64,000 bases of DNA. It comes from Camelus ferus (lineage: Eukaryota). Made by a program: the position numbers and the translations under genes. Numbering within the stretch: the first letter of the stretch is position 1; each line of letters opens with the position of its first letter. The notes under the pieces were generated by a model. It searched no databases, was not told the origin of the DNA, and worked only from the letters and a program-made list of their open reading frames with translations. The stretch spans positions 22,756,001 to 22,820,000 of the forward strand of contig NC_045697.1 of NCBI RefSeq assembly GCF_009834535.1. The letters are read 5' to 3'. Shown piece after piece: positions 11,392 to 25,043 of the stretch.

Positions 11392-14104
11392 GGTGTCAGT
11401 GTAATGAATATCATATTATGGTCTTCATTCTGTAGCTACACATGACAAAACATTTTCACTCAGAAAATGTCATGCACATTTAGAAAGAAGATCGATAAAT
11501 TCCATCACATGAAGCTTTTTTTTGGAAAACAAGACTGAAGAGTTGCCTAGATCCTCATTGCAAAGTGAAACAGCTTGCTTATTGGTAAGAAAATCAAAAC
11601 AATGATACACCATGTGACATACAATAATCAAAAATGCATATGACTAAATAAATAATTATATATTATAGTTCTGTTCAATAATTAAGGTTAATAAAAAATA
11701 ATATTTTTTTCTACTGACACTCTTGTATTCATTGCCCTTGAATTCCACTTTACAAAGTATATAAACTTGTGCAGTGTTAAAGAAACACTGTAGAAATAGT
11801 CCATCAAAAGAAAGTATTAACTTCTGGCCCTTCAGCTCTTGTGAGGATTAAGAAAAATGTTAACACATCAAGGTTGGGTTTATGGTACCTCATTCTCCCC
11901 TTTTTCTTCCTTTCTTTACTATTGGTCTATCCAGATAAGTCTAGAGTTCTTTTTATATTGCCAACGTAGGTTTTGCAAACTTCTAGGAAACTTGCAAACT
12001 CAGTTCCAATCCTTTACTCTTCCTTTCCTTCCTTAATTACTTTGCTGCAGAGTAAAAGAGTGTGTTCAGTCTATTTTTATGTAATAACAGTACATAATAG
12101 TACATTGTTTTGAGATATTTTTATTAGCTGTACATCAAAAAGGAAATATTTAATAAGATTATATAGAAATCACTTATGTCTACACCGATGTTCTAAAAAT
12201 AGTATTTTTAAAAAGAAGTATGTAATTATGCTTACATTCTGAATGCATTTTTAAATCTGTTCATTTCCATCTCATTATCTTCACCTAGATTCTGTGGTAA
12301 ATGCTTTAGTCAAGATGAAGGCTGACATCTTATCTTAACCATGTGTTCTTTTCTCACATTTGAAGGGTTTTCACCATATTTTATAATGATGAAGTGTTAG
12401 ATTTTCAGAAATGTATCTTATGGATGTCAGTTACCATCTTAATGGATGATAAGTGTTTCAGATACCATATGAAGGGAAGCATTGGTCTATACAGACTTAA
12501 TGTGTGATTGTTGAAATTCTATGATAGACGGTTTTTTTTTCAAAATCACATTTTTAGCTTAAAGTTGAAATATACAAAACTTCAACTAAATAAAATAACA
12601 CATTATCTCATACATGTGCTATTAGTTACCATTGTAATAGTAGTCATGGATTTAAGTTAATACAACTATACAATATAAGCAGGAAGGAGGCATTATTTAT
12701 TTATTAAACCTTTGGTTTAAGTTATTTGAAGAAGAGATCTGGAACCGTTACATAACTCAAGTTTACCCAAAATTTTCTTGACCTTTGTTAATTTCAAATC
12801 TTTTAATGAATCATTGAATATCTCCACAATTTCTTTTCCTAGTGACTAGTGATTTTTTTTAAAAAAAATTCTCTTTCCAGAGTGGAACCCAATCACCTGG
12901 GAAACGTTTTAGTCTTAACTTGATGTGTAATACATCACTGAATCATATTTAGCCAACTTTTTGGTAGTATTAATTGACACAAATCTTAATCCATTATCTA
13001 CAGAAAATTTGATTCAGTCCAAATAGGACATTAAAAATGGAATGTACGTGAATACATCTAACACAAACTCCTTGTTTTACCGATTAAGCAACAGAAAGAT
13101 TAAGGAAAATATTAGTAAATAAATATACTAGAAGTTATCCCTTTCTTTCTTTAATTCCAATTTAATATGTCTTTGGTAATTTTTTTAGTGCTAACAGTTT
13201 ATATTTTTGAAGATTCTAAATTTGTAGCCAGTATCTTTTATCATCATGAATAAACCTTCTAAAACAAAACAGCTATGTAAACTGTATATCCAAGCAACAA
13301 TATGGTGAACATTTCTGAATTGCCTTAGAAATGAAGACTCATTTCCACTTAGAGATCTCAATTTTTCATATTTGTCAATGATGCTACATTCCATTAACTA
13401 AGTGCCGATAGCCACTAACTTAAGGGGAAAAAAGATAAATATTTTTAAAAGCAGGGCTATTACAATATAACTATTTTCTAGCTATTCTTTCTCATAATTT
13501 GCTTATATGATTAGATGGCCTTTTATTTCTAATTGCATGAAAGAACTAACCAGAAGTCTTGGGAAATCTTAATCTACTATGGAAGAACAAGTCTAAATAT
13601 GTGAAGGAATTGTGATAGAATTTCTTTCTATGTCCATATAAAAAGCATAGAAAGAATTCTCTGTTTTTTAAATTTTCTAGGCAAGTAACAGATCTGAGAG
13701 ATGAGATGTAGAGTCAAACTAAAGTAAAAGAAAAATATAGATGAAAATACCAGTCAAATTCGTTTAAGTTCTTTGACCTGGGCAATATTTATATGGTCCA
13801 GTTTTATTATTATTTTTCTTGCCACAAAGAAGCATCATGAAGTTTGACTGGGCTGCATTTTGCAAAATTGTATTTCATACATTTATATAATAAACATTTT
13901 AAATATAAATCAATATTAGACTTGATCTCACTCTTGGAGGTGATATCACCCAATATTCAATGATCTGTGTATTTTGGTATTATCCTGCTAAATAATAAAC
14001 CATTATTTAGGATTTTTATAAGGCTTACTTATGTACCCAAAGCTTTAATGTAACTTCTATCATAACTATATTTTGAGTAATCAATCTTTTCCCTAGAGTA
14101 ACAT

Positions 14105-14204
14105 ATTGGTGTGTTAAAATCACACCTTACTCACCTTTGTATCTCCTAAATCAGCACAGAGCTTGGACATGATAGGTGCCAAATGCATACTTGTTAAATT
14201 AAAT
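14105..14204 (+). mobile_element. LINE-2 3' end
   Basis: cttactcacctttgtatctcc...agcacagagcttggacatgataggtgcc...ttgttaaattaaat. Confidence 0.7.
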
Positions 14205-14564
14205 AATGTCATAAACTCTTAACAAGAAAAAAAACATGGATATAAATGGTTAAAATTAATCAAGTTTTTGCTTACGAAAAATTCTAATAAGAGATTTTTA
14301 AATGTTATTGATCTATGCTAAGAAACAACATTAAGAGAGAGTATTTACATTATGAGACCAATTACAAGCTCTTTCTTATCTTTCTAGTCTAAGATGGACT
14401 CATACTGAATTACAAGCTATAATATGTTGTGATACAGCAGGAGTCCAGGATCTCATGAGTTCCACATGGTACCTTAATGGATTCTTTGTCAATTATCATT
14501 CATGGTCATGTGTCAAAATTTTCCAGAATGTTGTGAAAGTACTGTAGCTTAAAAAATTCTTTAC

Positions 14565-14694
14565 ATAGCAAATTTAAGCATCATATCAGTGATTTTAAAG
14601 TATGGGGAACAGGAGACTGGACCACAATAAACTTGAAATGTTGAACATAATACATAGCATGCATCCAATTTTTTAATCCTGGTATATACTACGC
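14565..14694 (-). CDS. speculative internal exon C (GVVYTRIKKLDACYVLCSTFQVYCGPVSCSPYFKITDMMLKFA)
   Basis: Strong acceptor tttttttttttccacaacag|; only the phase-1 frame is open; weak donor AT|gtaaag. Confidence 0.15.
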
Positions 14695-15771
14695 CTGTTG
14701 TGGAAAAAAAAAAATTTGTGGTTTGCTTAGCAGAGCAAAAAGCAATCCAATATGAACTGATAGAATATTGTTTAAAAAAAAACACATTCTAGCTGGCTAA
14801 AACTTCAAGAACAACATATTACCCAAACTGGTATATGACCTAAACAGGAGGATTTAATGGCTCTATATATGTTTGTGTTTGTTTTTGTGAAAATTGCCCA
14901 AGGTTCTGTAGTTATTTCTATTTCTCATTTGAAATATGACTCCATTCCCCATCAGATGAGGCAAAGGATGCAGAGTTATGCAATGAACCATGCAGTAAAT
15001 GAAAAAAATATATATATTCTCTGAGATTTAACAAAGTTATTGTCTTTTATTTGTCTATATAAATTCATATACTGAAAGTAATAGTATTGAATAAAGACGC
15101 AGTGAGCCTCAATGGATTTTTCCCACGTGTAACAGGAAAGTTTTGGAATTTTCTAGGCAAAAAACACAAGGCTACTTCATCTTAATTTTTCTTTCTTCTT
15201 TTTCCTAAGACTTAAAACCTACCCTAGAAGATTGTACTTTGAATTGTTAGCTACAGCAACAGTTTTATGGCAGTGCTACCAGAATTAACATGCAAATTAT
15301 ATATATATTACATATATATAATATTTCCTTTAGGAATAATATTTGTTTAATACTTATATCAAATAAATACAAGAAAAAAAAGACAGAGAAAAGAAGAGAT
15401 CATAGAATCTGCACAATGGAGCCAGAGAAACAAGGCATAAATACATAAATTAGTGAGACAATATCCCAAAGTTATGCATGATCAAGAAGGCATTAGAGTG
15501 GTGTCCACTCCCAGCATAATGCTGAATATAAGTCACCGAACTAAAAGCAATGCTATGAAAAAAGGAATGATAAATTAAACTAAAGGCTAAATGTTGCTTA
15601 TATCTGGTTGAGCAATTCATTCAGGTGAAGAGGACTCTATCTGCACCTGTAGCCTTTCCTTTCTTTACACAAATAAGATATCTAAAGTACTGCAGCATCC
15701 TCATTAGATACACACCAAATGGGCTGGCAGTTACATTTCTTCAGTGCAACTTTAATGAACATCTTCAACAC

Positions 15772-15960
15772 AGCAGTGTGGTTCAGAGTATCAGTGCCAG
15801 ATGTATCTGGACTGGAAACTCACCTTGGACTCTTCCATATACTGACTGTATGACCTTCTTCAGCAGGTTATTTGACCACTAGGAACCTCTGTTTCTACCC
15901 CCAAAAGAGGACTTTAATATGCGTGTCCTAGATTTGAAATCTGTTTTAAATAATATTAAC
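15772..15960 (+). mobile_element. MIR SINE
   Basis: agcagtgtggttcagag...tactgactgtatgacctt...gttatttgaccact...cctctgtttct. Confidence 0.7.
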
Positions 15961-18162
15961 TCTCTAGCAGAGGCCTTGTGAGTACAATTTAAGTTGTCAA
16001 TACATTGCATCATGATGGTTATTGCTGATTGCTGTTTTATTTTTATTGCTTGTTTTTTTTTTTTTCTAGCTCACACTATTTTCTGATACATTTTTTTCCA
16101 AACATAAGCAAGGGTCTTTCTGATTAAGACTTCCATGATGAAATATTCTTACTGAGGGACTTGCCGTTTACTCTGAAACCTAAGGTGACCCCTTAACTCC
16201 CACAGAACTCCTGATACACCAGTGTCACGTGAATATGTAGCCTGGCTTCTTGCTCAGATAAAAAATCCAGCCCATTCACAATCAAACACTACTGTAATAC
16301 AATCATAGTTTATCTTAACTCAGGGAAGAACACCATCTACTGAATCTCCACATTGTTTTCCTAGAACACTCCAGGGTTTGGTTAACTTTGACCTTTCATA
16401 CTATTTTGTGGATTAGGACCACGACAGAGGTGAATGGACAATAAATCAGTAGAAATAAACTCCCTTAAACCCTAATGAAAGAATATTAAGGAAATTCAAA
16501 ATCCAGAATATTATTCTGCAGTAATGACACTTAAAACATTTTTTATCTGTTAATCTTGACATTATCACACCTGTTAATTTTTTATATGAGGAATATTTGG
16601 TGGCATTTAGTTTCTTCTTTGTAACTCATTTCAAGAGAACAATTTTTTACATTCTATTTATACATTGTCTTGACTGCTGGTCCCTTTTGTGTAACTGGTG
16701 TGTCTGTCTGTGTGTTGTGTGTGTGTACCGAAGAGTAGATCTATTATTATCAAAAGGCCAGCAGCACTAAGGAATTGAATCAGTGACCTGAAGGTTAAAT
16801 TCCACTTAGCGGTAATCACTAAGCTGTGCTCCATTATAGTTGCGCTAAAAAAAATTGAGACTGCTGACATCTGGTACCTCTACATCTAAAACCTTTTAAA
16901 CCACTTGCAGGAAAAAAAAAAAAAAAGGTTTTTATTTAAGAAGTGAACAAAACTATAGGGGTGTGTCATTTGAAGATCTGGACATTTCCTGTAAGATGCA
17001 CTGTTCAAAGATAGTCAGAACATCTCTGTATTGGAATAAAATGTTAAACTACACTGTTTCATTTTTACACACCTTTTCTTAACTTGTATAAGGAATATAA
17101 AGAATGTATGTACAGAACAATCAAGCCTCACTCTATTTTGAAAATATACTCATAAAATAAGCATAGTTTGCTTTGATTGCCAACATCTCAAATCAAAACA
17201 ACAAAAAAAATTTAAGATAAAATGTATTAATTTATAAACATAAATGACTTGTTGTATGCATAAATAGTTCAAATAAATTATTTCTGATATCCTATGCACT
17301 TAATTTCAAAAATGCTTTACTAAGAATATATTTATTAAGTGGATTTGCAAGCACTAGCATTTTTATCAGCAAGCAAAAATCATATCATGAAAATTCATAA
17401 TGTATTTCTCAGTTCAAGATAAATATGCATTTTATTAAAATTAATTCAGTATTTCACTATTAATATTCTATGATGCTGTAAAGATTTGTCATTTTTCAAA
17501 AATTTTACAAACCTTTTAGAAATTTATAACAACAAAAATTATAGGTCTGGAGGTAAATTTTCCCTTGCACATTTGCATAATTTTTCAGCTTTCAAGGGCT
17601 ATTCTTCCATTTTCCCAAGGGAGACTAAGAATATACATACACTCTCACTCTTGTGTTGTGGAACAACAGAATAGATGCCAAAAACACCCCGTAAACAACA
17701 ATAACAAAATGTTTTTTGCCCTTGATGAACATACCAGGACTTTGCAGGCAAAAAATGCACATGCATAGATTACTTAGGGCTACCAACAGGGGCAAATAAT
17801 GGACAAACACCAAGTAGATTATGGTCGAAAGGAGGAAGTCCCTAGCTGTCTATTATTTGTGAGAAACGGATGCACATTGTATGTATAGGTTGGATCCTAT
17901 TCATTTCTTTACTCATTCATCTGTTTTACTGAATAGTGATTATATGGAAGTTTGAGTGGTACACAAAAGCATCACTTTTGTCCTCAAAGGGTTTACATTA
18001 AAGAACTAGAGAAAGTTCATTGAAGTTTGTACTAAAAGATCATAGTTTGATTCTTAGTTTTGCTAGTTACTAATTTTGGAAACTAAGCAAATAGATAAAT
18101 CATCTAAAGTAGAACTAATAAAATTAGTATAATCACTCCCTTCTTGTTGTAGCTATATAATT

Positions 18163-18200
18163 ATAGATAGGTAGATAAATAGATGATAGATAGATAGAAA
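18163..18200. repeat. imperfect (AGAT)n tetranucleotide repeat
   Basis: Read directly from the sequence. Confidence 0.85.
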
Positions 18201-19159
18201 GACAGGGATGTAGATATGTAAAAGGCTTTTATAAACTCAGACATTCTGTGTACTTAAGAGCTATTATTGTTCTTGACATGAATAATTACATTAGAAAGTA
18301 AGACATGCTTTAAAAGAGACATAGTAAAAATGCAATGTAGAAATTGTCAGGGGGGCAAACACTTCCCCATCAAAGATGAAAAGCAAATTCTCTGTGGAGC
18401 AGGAGCATTTGAGTTGTGCCCTGAAGGATTTCTATCTACATTTAGCTTCAGAGAATGACCACCATTAGGAAGATTATTTTGGGAGAAAGTTATTCAAATG
18501 CAATTTTGAATGAGATAAAGAATTCTGGCTTATTTCATGAAAGAAGTGCAAAATTAGATTTGATATAATATCATGCTCAAAGGATTGAGAGCGAGCTTAG
18601 CAAGTCCTGGGAAGGGAATGGCATATAAATGTGCATGGCTGGATATCAAGGGGCCTTACACATCTCCAGAAATACATTGAGACTGAAAAAAAATGTAAGA
18701 ATTTACTCAAACTACTTTGAGTTTTTTTTTCTCTATTGGGCAATTTGAGAAGCATTTGGAAAAATCAAAAGTAGTCACAGAGTAAAATATAATAGTCATC
18801 ATTTGCTTTGCTAGGGATATTTGGGAGTCACAGCATAGTTGAGAGATATATTTTATAGGTATAATGAATGAAGAAATTCATGAATTTTATACTGTGTCCT
18901 TGCTAAACAGAAGAGCAAAAGCCAGAGGAGTCATAACAGAAATAGAGATTGTTAAAACACAGAACTCTGAACCTTTTTTTCTCAGGAATCGCTAGATAAT
19001 TCCTGTGTTATCTGATCTATCTGGTCAATTCATAATACTTCTCCCTCAGAAGGAAGGTGTGATTTGCCCATTTCCCTAGGCACAATTGGACACTTGGGTG
19101 CATTTCAGTATCATTCTCATATTAATGCTCATCTCACTCAAACTCAGTAATTTACTTAC

Positions 19160-19685
19160 AGCTGCCACTTCTTCAGTGGAGAAATGATCAAGTCTGATGC
19201 CTTAGTAGATCGAGATCTGTCTTATCTCCAGCGCCTCTCTGAGGTAGTCATGACAATATGTAGCTCCACCCCTTACAAGAACTTTTCAACCAGCTGAAGG
19301 AGTTCAGTAGGCTGACACCATACAGCTTCTGACTTTCAAGACCTACCAAAGTACTTGAGCTGAAGTCTTCTATACTTTGTCTGGCCGCCTCCAGGCAATG
19401 ACTGAGCACAAAGGGGACACTACTACCTGCTCATTTCCACCCTCCATGACTTTACAGGAAATCTTTTTGCAGAAGCTCCCCTTGGAATTGCTGAGAATCT
19501 CTTCAAGTAGCTTCACAGAATGAGTCTCTTCTTATCTTCTTCCTCTTTGCACAGGTGTCATACTGCACCAAGCTACAGGCTTTTCCTGCCTGCTTGTGCT
19601 CCTCTTCTGTTTTTCATAGACATTTTCCCACAATACATTTCTTGAAATTCTAGTTACATCTTGGCATCTGAAGACCCAACATACA
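19160..19685 (+). mobile_element. old ERVL LTR (LTR33-like)
   Basis: The 3' end ccccacaatacatttcttgaaattctagttacatcttggcatctgaagacccaac resembles the LTR33/LTR16 terminus. The 5' boundary is uncertain. Confidence 0.55.
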
Positions 19686-19725
19686 CACTCTCAGAATATC
19701 ATGAAGTTACTTAAAATTATTTGTG

Positions 19726-19767
19726 GAATGAATGGATGAATGGATGGATGGATGGATGGATGGATGA
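19726..19767. repeat. (GAAT/GGAT)n tetranucleotide repeat, probably an L2 tail
   Basis: Read directly from the sequence. Confidence 0.9.
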
Positions 19768-19844
19768 CTAGATCAGAACTAGCTAGAGGTAAATGTATAG
19801 TTCTTTTACTGTTGTGGATTTTTATGGAGATCTTTCCCTGAGAC

Positions 19845-20235
19845 ATATTATATTAGTTTCAGGTATACAACATAACAAATCGACGTATGTATATATTGTG
19901 AAATGATCACCACAATAAACCTAGTTGACATCCATCATCACACACAGTTACAAGCTTTTTTTCTTATGATAAGAACTTTTAAGACTTGTTCCCTTAGTAA
20001 CTTTCAAATATACAATATGTTATTATTAACTCCACTCACTATGCTGTATGTTACATCGCCAGGACTTATTTATTTCATAACTGGAAGTTTGTACATTTTG
20101 ACCACCTTCACTTATTTCACCCACCCATCCAACCCCCACCTCTGGCAACCAGCCATCTGCTGTCTCTGAGTTATTTTTTAAACATCCCACGTATAAGTGA
20201 GATCACATGGTATTTGTCTTTCTATGTCTGATTTA
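19845..20235 (-). mobile_element. LINE-1 3' end (L1MA9/laurasiatherian-like)
   Basis: tatattagtttcaggtatacaacata...gaaatgatcaccacaataa...aactttcaaatatacaata...cctctggcaacc...ataagtgagatcac...tatttgtctttct. Confidence 0.9.
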
Positions 20236-21792
20236 CTAAAATTGTACACATGAAGGAAGAAGTAAAAGATCAATTTGATTTACTTTCCAAACTGGGTAAT
20301 AATCACTCTATCCATTAAAAATACTCAGTTTCTGTCACTAAGGTACTATCACCTATTCCTGACAGAGAGGTGGGGAAATAATTCATAACATAAAATACCA
20401 CAAAGAAAAATATGTATATATATTATAGTTTCCCCATACCTCTTACAATTGATGACATGTATACATATACGCCGTAGAGCTTGTGATATACTCTGATTTA
20501 CACAATAAATATGGAAAAAATTAAAACCCAGAATGTTGAAATAAGCCAAAAGTAACACAGCTAGCAAGTGGTAAATAATTCAATTTTTCTTTTCTATTTG
20601 ATCCCAAAGATTCAAGGGCAAATCTCTCAATAAGGCACATTTTGTTGCTTTATGATTTAAGTCAGGAAGGAACCACAGTAGAGGAGATATGGGTGTAATT
20701 ATAAGTACACGTGTTGACTTCACTCACTGGGCTACAGGGGCTGTCACCTGTTAAACAGAGTTGTAGGAGGAAGGGATCTTATTTTCTTGTTTTGCCGCTA
20801 ATAATGCTCCAGGGTCATTTTCCTTAGTGCTAGGATATTTTTTAAAATGTCCCTTACTTGTATTTTTTCTATAATTTGACAAATATCAATGATCACATTT
20901 CCACTTCAAATACCCCAAGATATAATTTTTTTAAGAAATACCTTCACCTTGTTCTGGAATTCTGCTTCACCCAAACAAACACAGGAATTAAAGGACAATG
21001 TGATGGATGGCAGTTGTCTCCAAGTAAAAGAGTCTTAGAGCTAATGTAATTACACAAATGCTTATTTTATTACACCCTGTATCCTGAATTTTTGAACAGA
21101 TGCAATAAACGGTCAATTACTTCAGTGACTGGTTACACCAAGTAGCAACTAGGATCGAATATGGGCTGTGTTTCCCTAAACAGACCTCTGCCTCCAAGCT
21201 GAAAGTAAAGGCAGCAACCTTGCCCTTTCTGCCATTCTTCAATTAATCATATGCTAATTGATTTAGTAAGGAATGTGTTGGCTGTCTAACTCATTTTGAA
21301 TTATCTTGCCAGAGCTGCCTGTGAAGCCAGAAAGCTCTTACCATCACACACGTGCCCGATAAATCAATAAGTCAGTAAACGTAGCCTTGCTGATGACATA
21401 AATGTGTCAATTTTTTTCCATGTTGTTTTAGATAGACACTTAAAATCTGAGGAGGTAAATTGGTTTAAAAACACAGGAGACGGGTCTGTTTATTTTCAGG
21501 AGCCATTCCTTTTTCTGCCTCTGATTGTATTTGACTTTAAAACTAGCAAAATCTATTGAAAGCCTGATAATGAAGGGATGTTTGCTGATTATAAACAAGA
21601 GATACCGGTTTTGTCTCTCTGTTTGGTGAGCAGTACAGTACTATTTATCTCCACAGGCCCTGCTTCAATTTGAGAATTTTCTATTTCTCCAAAATAGTCC
21701 CAGATGGTGGCAGGCAATTACATGATACTAGATTTTCTTGAGCAAAGTCTTGGAATGCCAAGCCTTTCCCACCGACTTGCTGAGTGATTCAC

Positions 21793-21877
21793 CTTGAAGG
21801 ACCATTTTATTTGATGTTCTGCAACCCAGAGCCTTGACATGGTTATAATTCCCGGAGAGTCTCAGGGCACCAGGAAT
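21793..21877 (-). CDS. speculative internal exon B (IPGALRLSGNYNHVKALGCRTSNKMVLQ)
   Basis: Weak acceptor tgaatgacag|; donor AAG|gtgaat; 85 nt, phase 0 to 1, open frame. Confidence 0.12.
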
Positions 21878-23031
21878 CTGTCATTCACAGTAGCAGTGGG
21901 CTATCTCGTGCTCTATTAAGTCTTTCTCTCTTCTTTCTCTCGTGTTATTTTATGTGGGAAAAAAGATATAATTGAGCTCAAAAGAAAGGTAATTTCAAGT
22001 CTAAGTCTTATCTAGTTATGACATCTATATATTTTTGAGAAAGTTAAGTAAGAGAACACGATTAAAACCAATGTTAAAATCACTTATTGGAAGCAGGTTA
22101 ATTTGGATATGGGATGAGTGACACCAAAGTTGATGATATAAATGTGTCCTGCTGTGAAGTTTCTTTCTGGGGTGTGCATGCAAAACCATGCTCACTAGGG
22201 GTGACTTTGCTTATAACAACAGATTGATTTTCATGTATAATTACAAGGAGAGACTCAGGGTTTTGAAGTCGTGGAATAAATTGATTAACCAAAAGAAAAA
22301 TGGGAGGGTTTTTTTTTTTTTTTCAGTATAGTTAAGCATTTCCCAAAGTAGTTTATGATAGATGTATTTTAGAGGAGTAAAATCATTTACTTAATTAACT
22401 TAATTGAGCACATTTTGCTTGCCACTAAGGGTATAATGGCAAGAGGGGAAGTAGTGCTTTTTGCCTTTCTTTACCATAAAACCTGATGCAGAAAGAAGTA
22501 TATACATGACATTGCCAAAAACAAACATAACACTAATTCAGTTAAATTGATAGAGTTCATACTATTTTGAGCTGGTCAAGGAAGACTTTGAAGAGAGGGT
22601 AGATGACTGACAAAAAAGATAAAATAGAGACATTTCACTAGTGACCCACAGGCAAAATCTGGCATGAAAACAATAAGATATATACATTTCCTGATTTGTA
22701 CACTTTTACTGAACATTTTAAAACCTTGCATACTATGTGTGTGTTTGTATGTGTGTGCATACAGATATACCTACACATATGTGCATTAAAGTGGGTGTGG
22801 CAGGCCAGATATAAGATACGAAGATACTATGGAAAAAAAAATCCAAACTTGGATTCTCTTCCTCGGCATTGGTTGCCCTATAATAGAGCAGGACTAATGC
22901 TACCAAACACTGATTTTTAAAAATCCTGCAGGACCCATCAGGCAAAAATCTCTTCTATAAGCCACTATTGTAATCATCTCTGGTTTTTTTTTTTTTTTTT
23001 TTTTGCACTTTATAGTTAAGAAGTGATTTAA

Positions 23032-23333
23032 AAGACACAAATGAACTTATTTACAAAACAGAAACAGACTCCCAGACATACAAAGCAAACTTACGGTTAC
23101 AGGAAGGCAGGAAGGGAGTGGGAAGGGATAAATTGGCAGTTCGAGACTTGCAGATGTTAACTACTATATATAGGATGGATAAACAAGTTTCTACTGTATA
23201 GCACAGGGACCTATATTCAATATCTTGTAGTAACCTATAGTGAAAAAAAATATGTACATGTATGACTGAAACATTGTGCTGTACACCAGAGATTGACACA
23301 ACATTGTAAACTGACTATACGTCAATAAAAAAA
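23032..23333 (+). mobile_element. young camelid-type LINE-1 3' end with A tail
   Basis: aaatgaacttatttacaaaacagaaacagactc...ctgtatagcacaggga...tgctgtacaccagagattgacacaacattgtaaactgactatac.tcaataaaaaaa. Confidence 0.92.
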
Positions 23334-23534
23334 GGAAAATAAAGAGGTAATTTAATAAGAATTATTGTTATAAAAATCCTAACTTGCAGAAAAAAATTAG
23401 TTTCCAATATTGGAAAGGCTGATTTACAGAAGGTACTGACCATTCAGCTGTAAAATCTGTGGAAAGAGTAAACATTAAGCTGCAGTTTTGTTTAGGGGAG
23501 AAGTAGCAAGCACAGAGAGCTAGGGAATGGGCCC

Positions 23535-23690
23535 AGGAACCAGAGAGCCTGGGTGCAGACCCCAGTTCTACCTCATCCTAGATTTGTGATTGTGAAAAAG
23601 TGATTTAATCTCTCATTCCCTCTTATACACAATGGGATAGTAATAGTAGCTCTCATGGGTTGTTTTAAGTTTAAATGGGTTAATACTGTC
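23535..23690 (+). mobile_element. MIR SINE
   Basis: cctgggtgcagaccccagttctacc...tgtgat...gtgatttaatctctc...aatgggatagtaatagtagctctcatgggttgtt. Confidence 0.8.
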
Positions 23691-25043
23691 AAAGGGGTGG
23701 AAGAATATTTAGATCAAACATACATCGGGCTCTATATGTCTTGGAAAAAATGAAAATACATCTCAGAACCTTTGATGTCACCATCGATGTCATGAATCTC
23801 CAACAGGGAGATGGGGTGTGCACTAGCTCTTAAACTTAGTTGTCCATAGAGTGTACTTTTGGATTCCTAGATCATGGATCCCAGGTGTTCTATTGAACAA
23901 GTTGGAAACACTGGGAAAGGGGATAAACCAAGATAGCTTCTCACTTTTCTTCCAAAATGTCTTCTAGAAATCTGTGAGAAGACAGCAATAGTAGCACAGG
24001 AGACGTCACTAAGGGAATGTGATCAAATATCAAAGAAACTGCAACAGAGGATGCCAGACGCTTGTACCTTTAAGCACCAAAACTGAGTTTCTCTTTCTAA
24101 TTTGTATGTTTTTTTTTTTTTAATTAAATTGAGAACTCCTGGTACCAAGGTTCTTATAGCAGACCTACTTATCGAGGTCTAATGCTCAGAATATGGAAAA
24201 GGGTATTATCTCAGACTGGTAAAACTTCTACTTGGTAGGCCATCACAGGCACACTCTGCAATGGTCCTATCTTTCCTTTACATGTTCACCTGGTACAAAA
24301 TATCCCAAAGCACGAGTGTCTAGTGAATGGTTGGTATTAATTAATAAAACTCACTGTGTGCTTACCATATATCTTGTCATATCAATAAAAAAAGAAATCA
24401 TTAGAGGACACAAATAATATAAGCTGAGAGGCGCATTTCAATGACAAGCATTTCATAAAATGAATTTATTCCATGACAACTTGAGAAGCATTATTCCGGA
24501 ATCTCAGTTTTAAACAGGGAAAATTTAATGGATGACTTTGATGAGCTGAATTCTGAAAAAAACAAAAACAAAAACAAAAACTGTATAATTGAAGTAGGCA
24601 GAAGAGAATTGGGTTCTTTGAAGAAAACTGAATTACAAAGATAAGAAAATAAAAGGTTTGGGAAAGCATCAATAGACACTTTGTCCAGAAGTGGAGCATT
24701 AATATAGAATTGAAGATATTGTAAGTAGGGTCAGAGCACAGGTGCAACACCAGTACTTATTTCTTTACTACATTTTTTATAGTTTTGAGTGCCTGTTGTG
24801 AACAAGACACTGCACTGGAAATTTTATAAAACATAACATCAGGTGTTGTGAATGAAAAAATGTATTTTTATCCACAGCCACTAAAATCATACAGCAATTC
24901 ACCGCAAATTTACCTTGATTTGGAAAAATCAGATTAATCATTGTTACTGTATTTTAGATCATTACTCACTTATGTCCTGATTAGGTTTGATTTATGAATG
25001 TGGGTGAGAAACACTACAATAGAAAAAAAAAATTAAAAAGTAC

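Noticed and set aside
14125..14140. Strong minus-strand donor AAG|gtgagt
   Set aside because: Part of an L2 3' end, with no supporting upstream exon.
23051..23299. ORFs beginning MSISGVQHN here and at 58200-58385, suggesting paralogues
   Set aside because: Both are antisense readings of the same L1 3'UTR.
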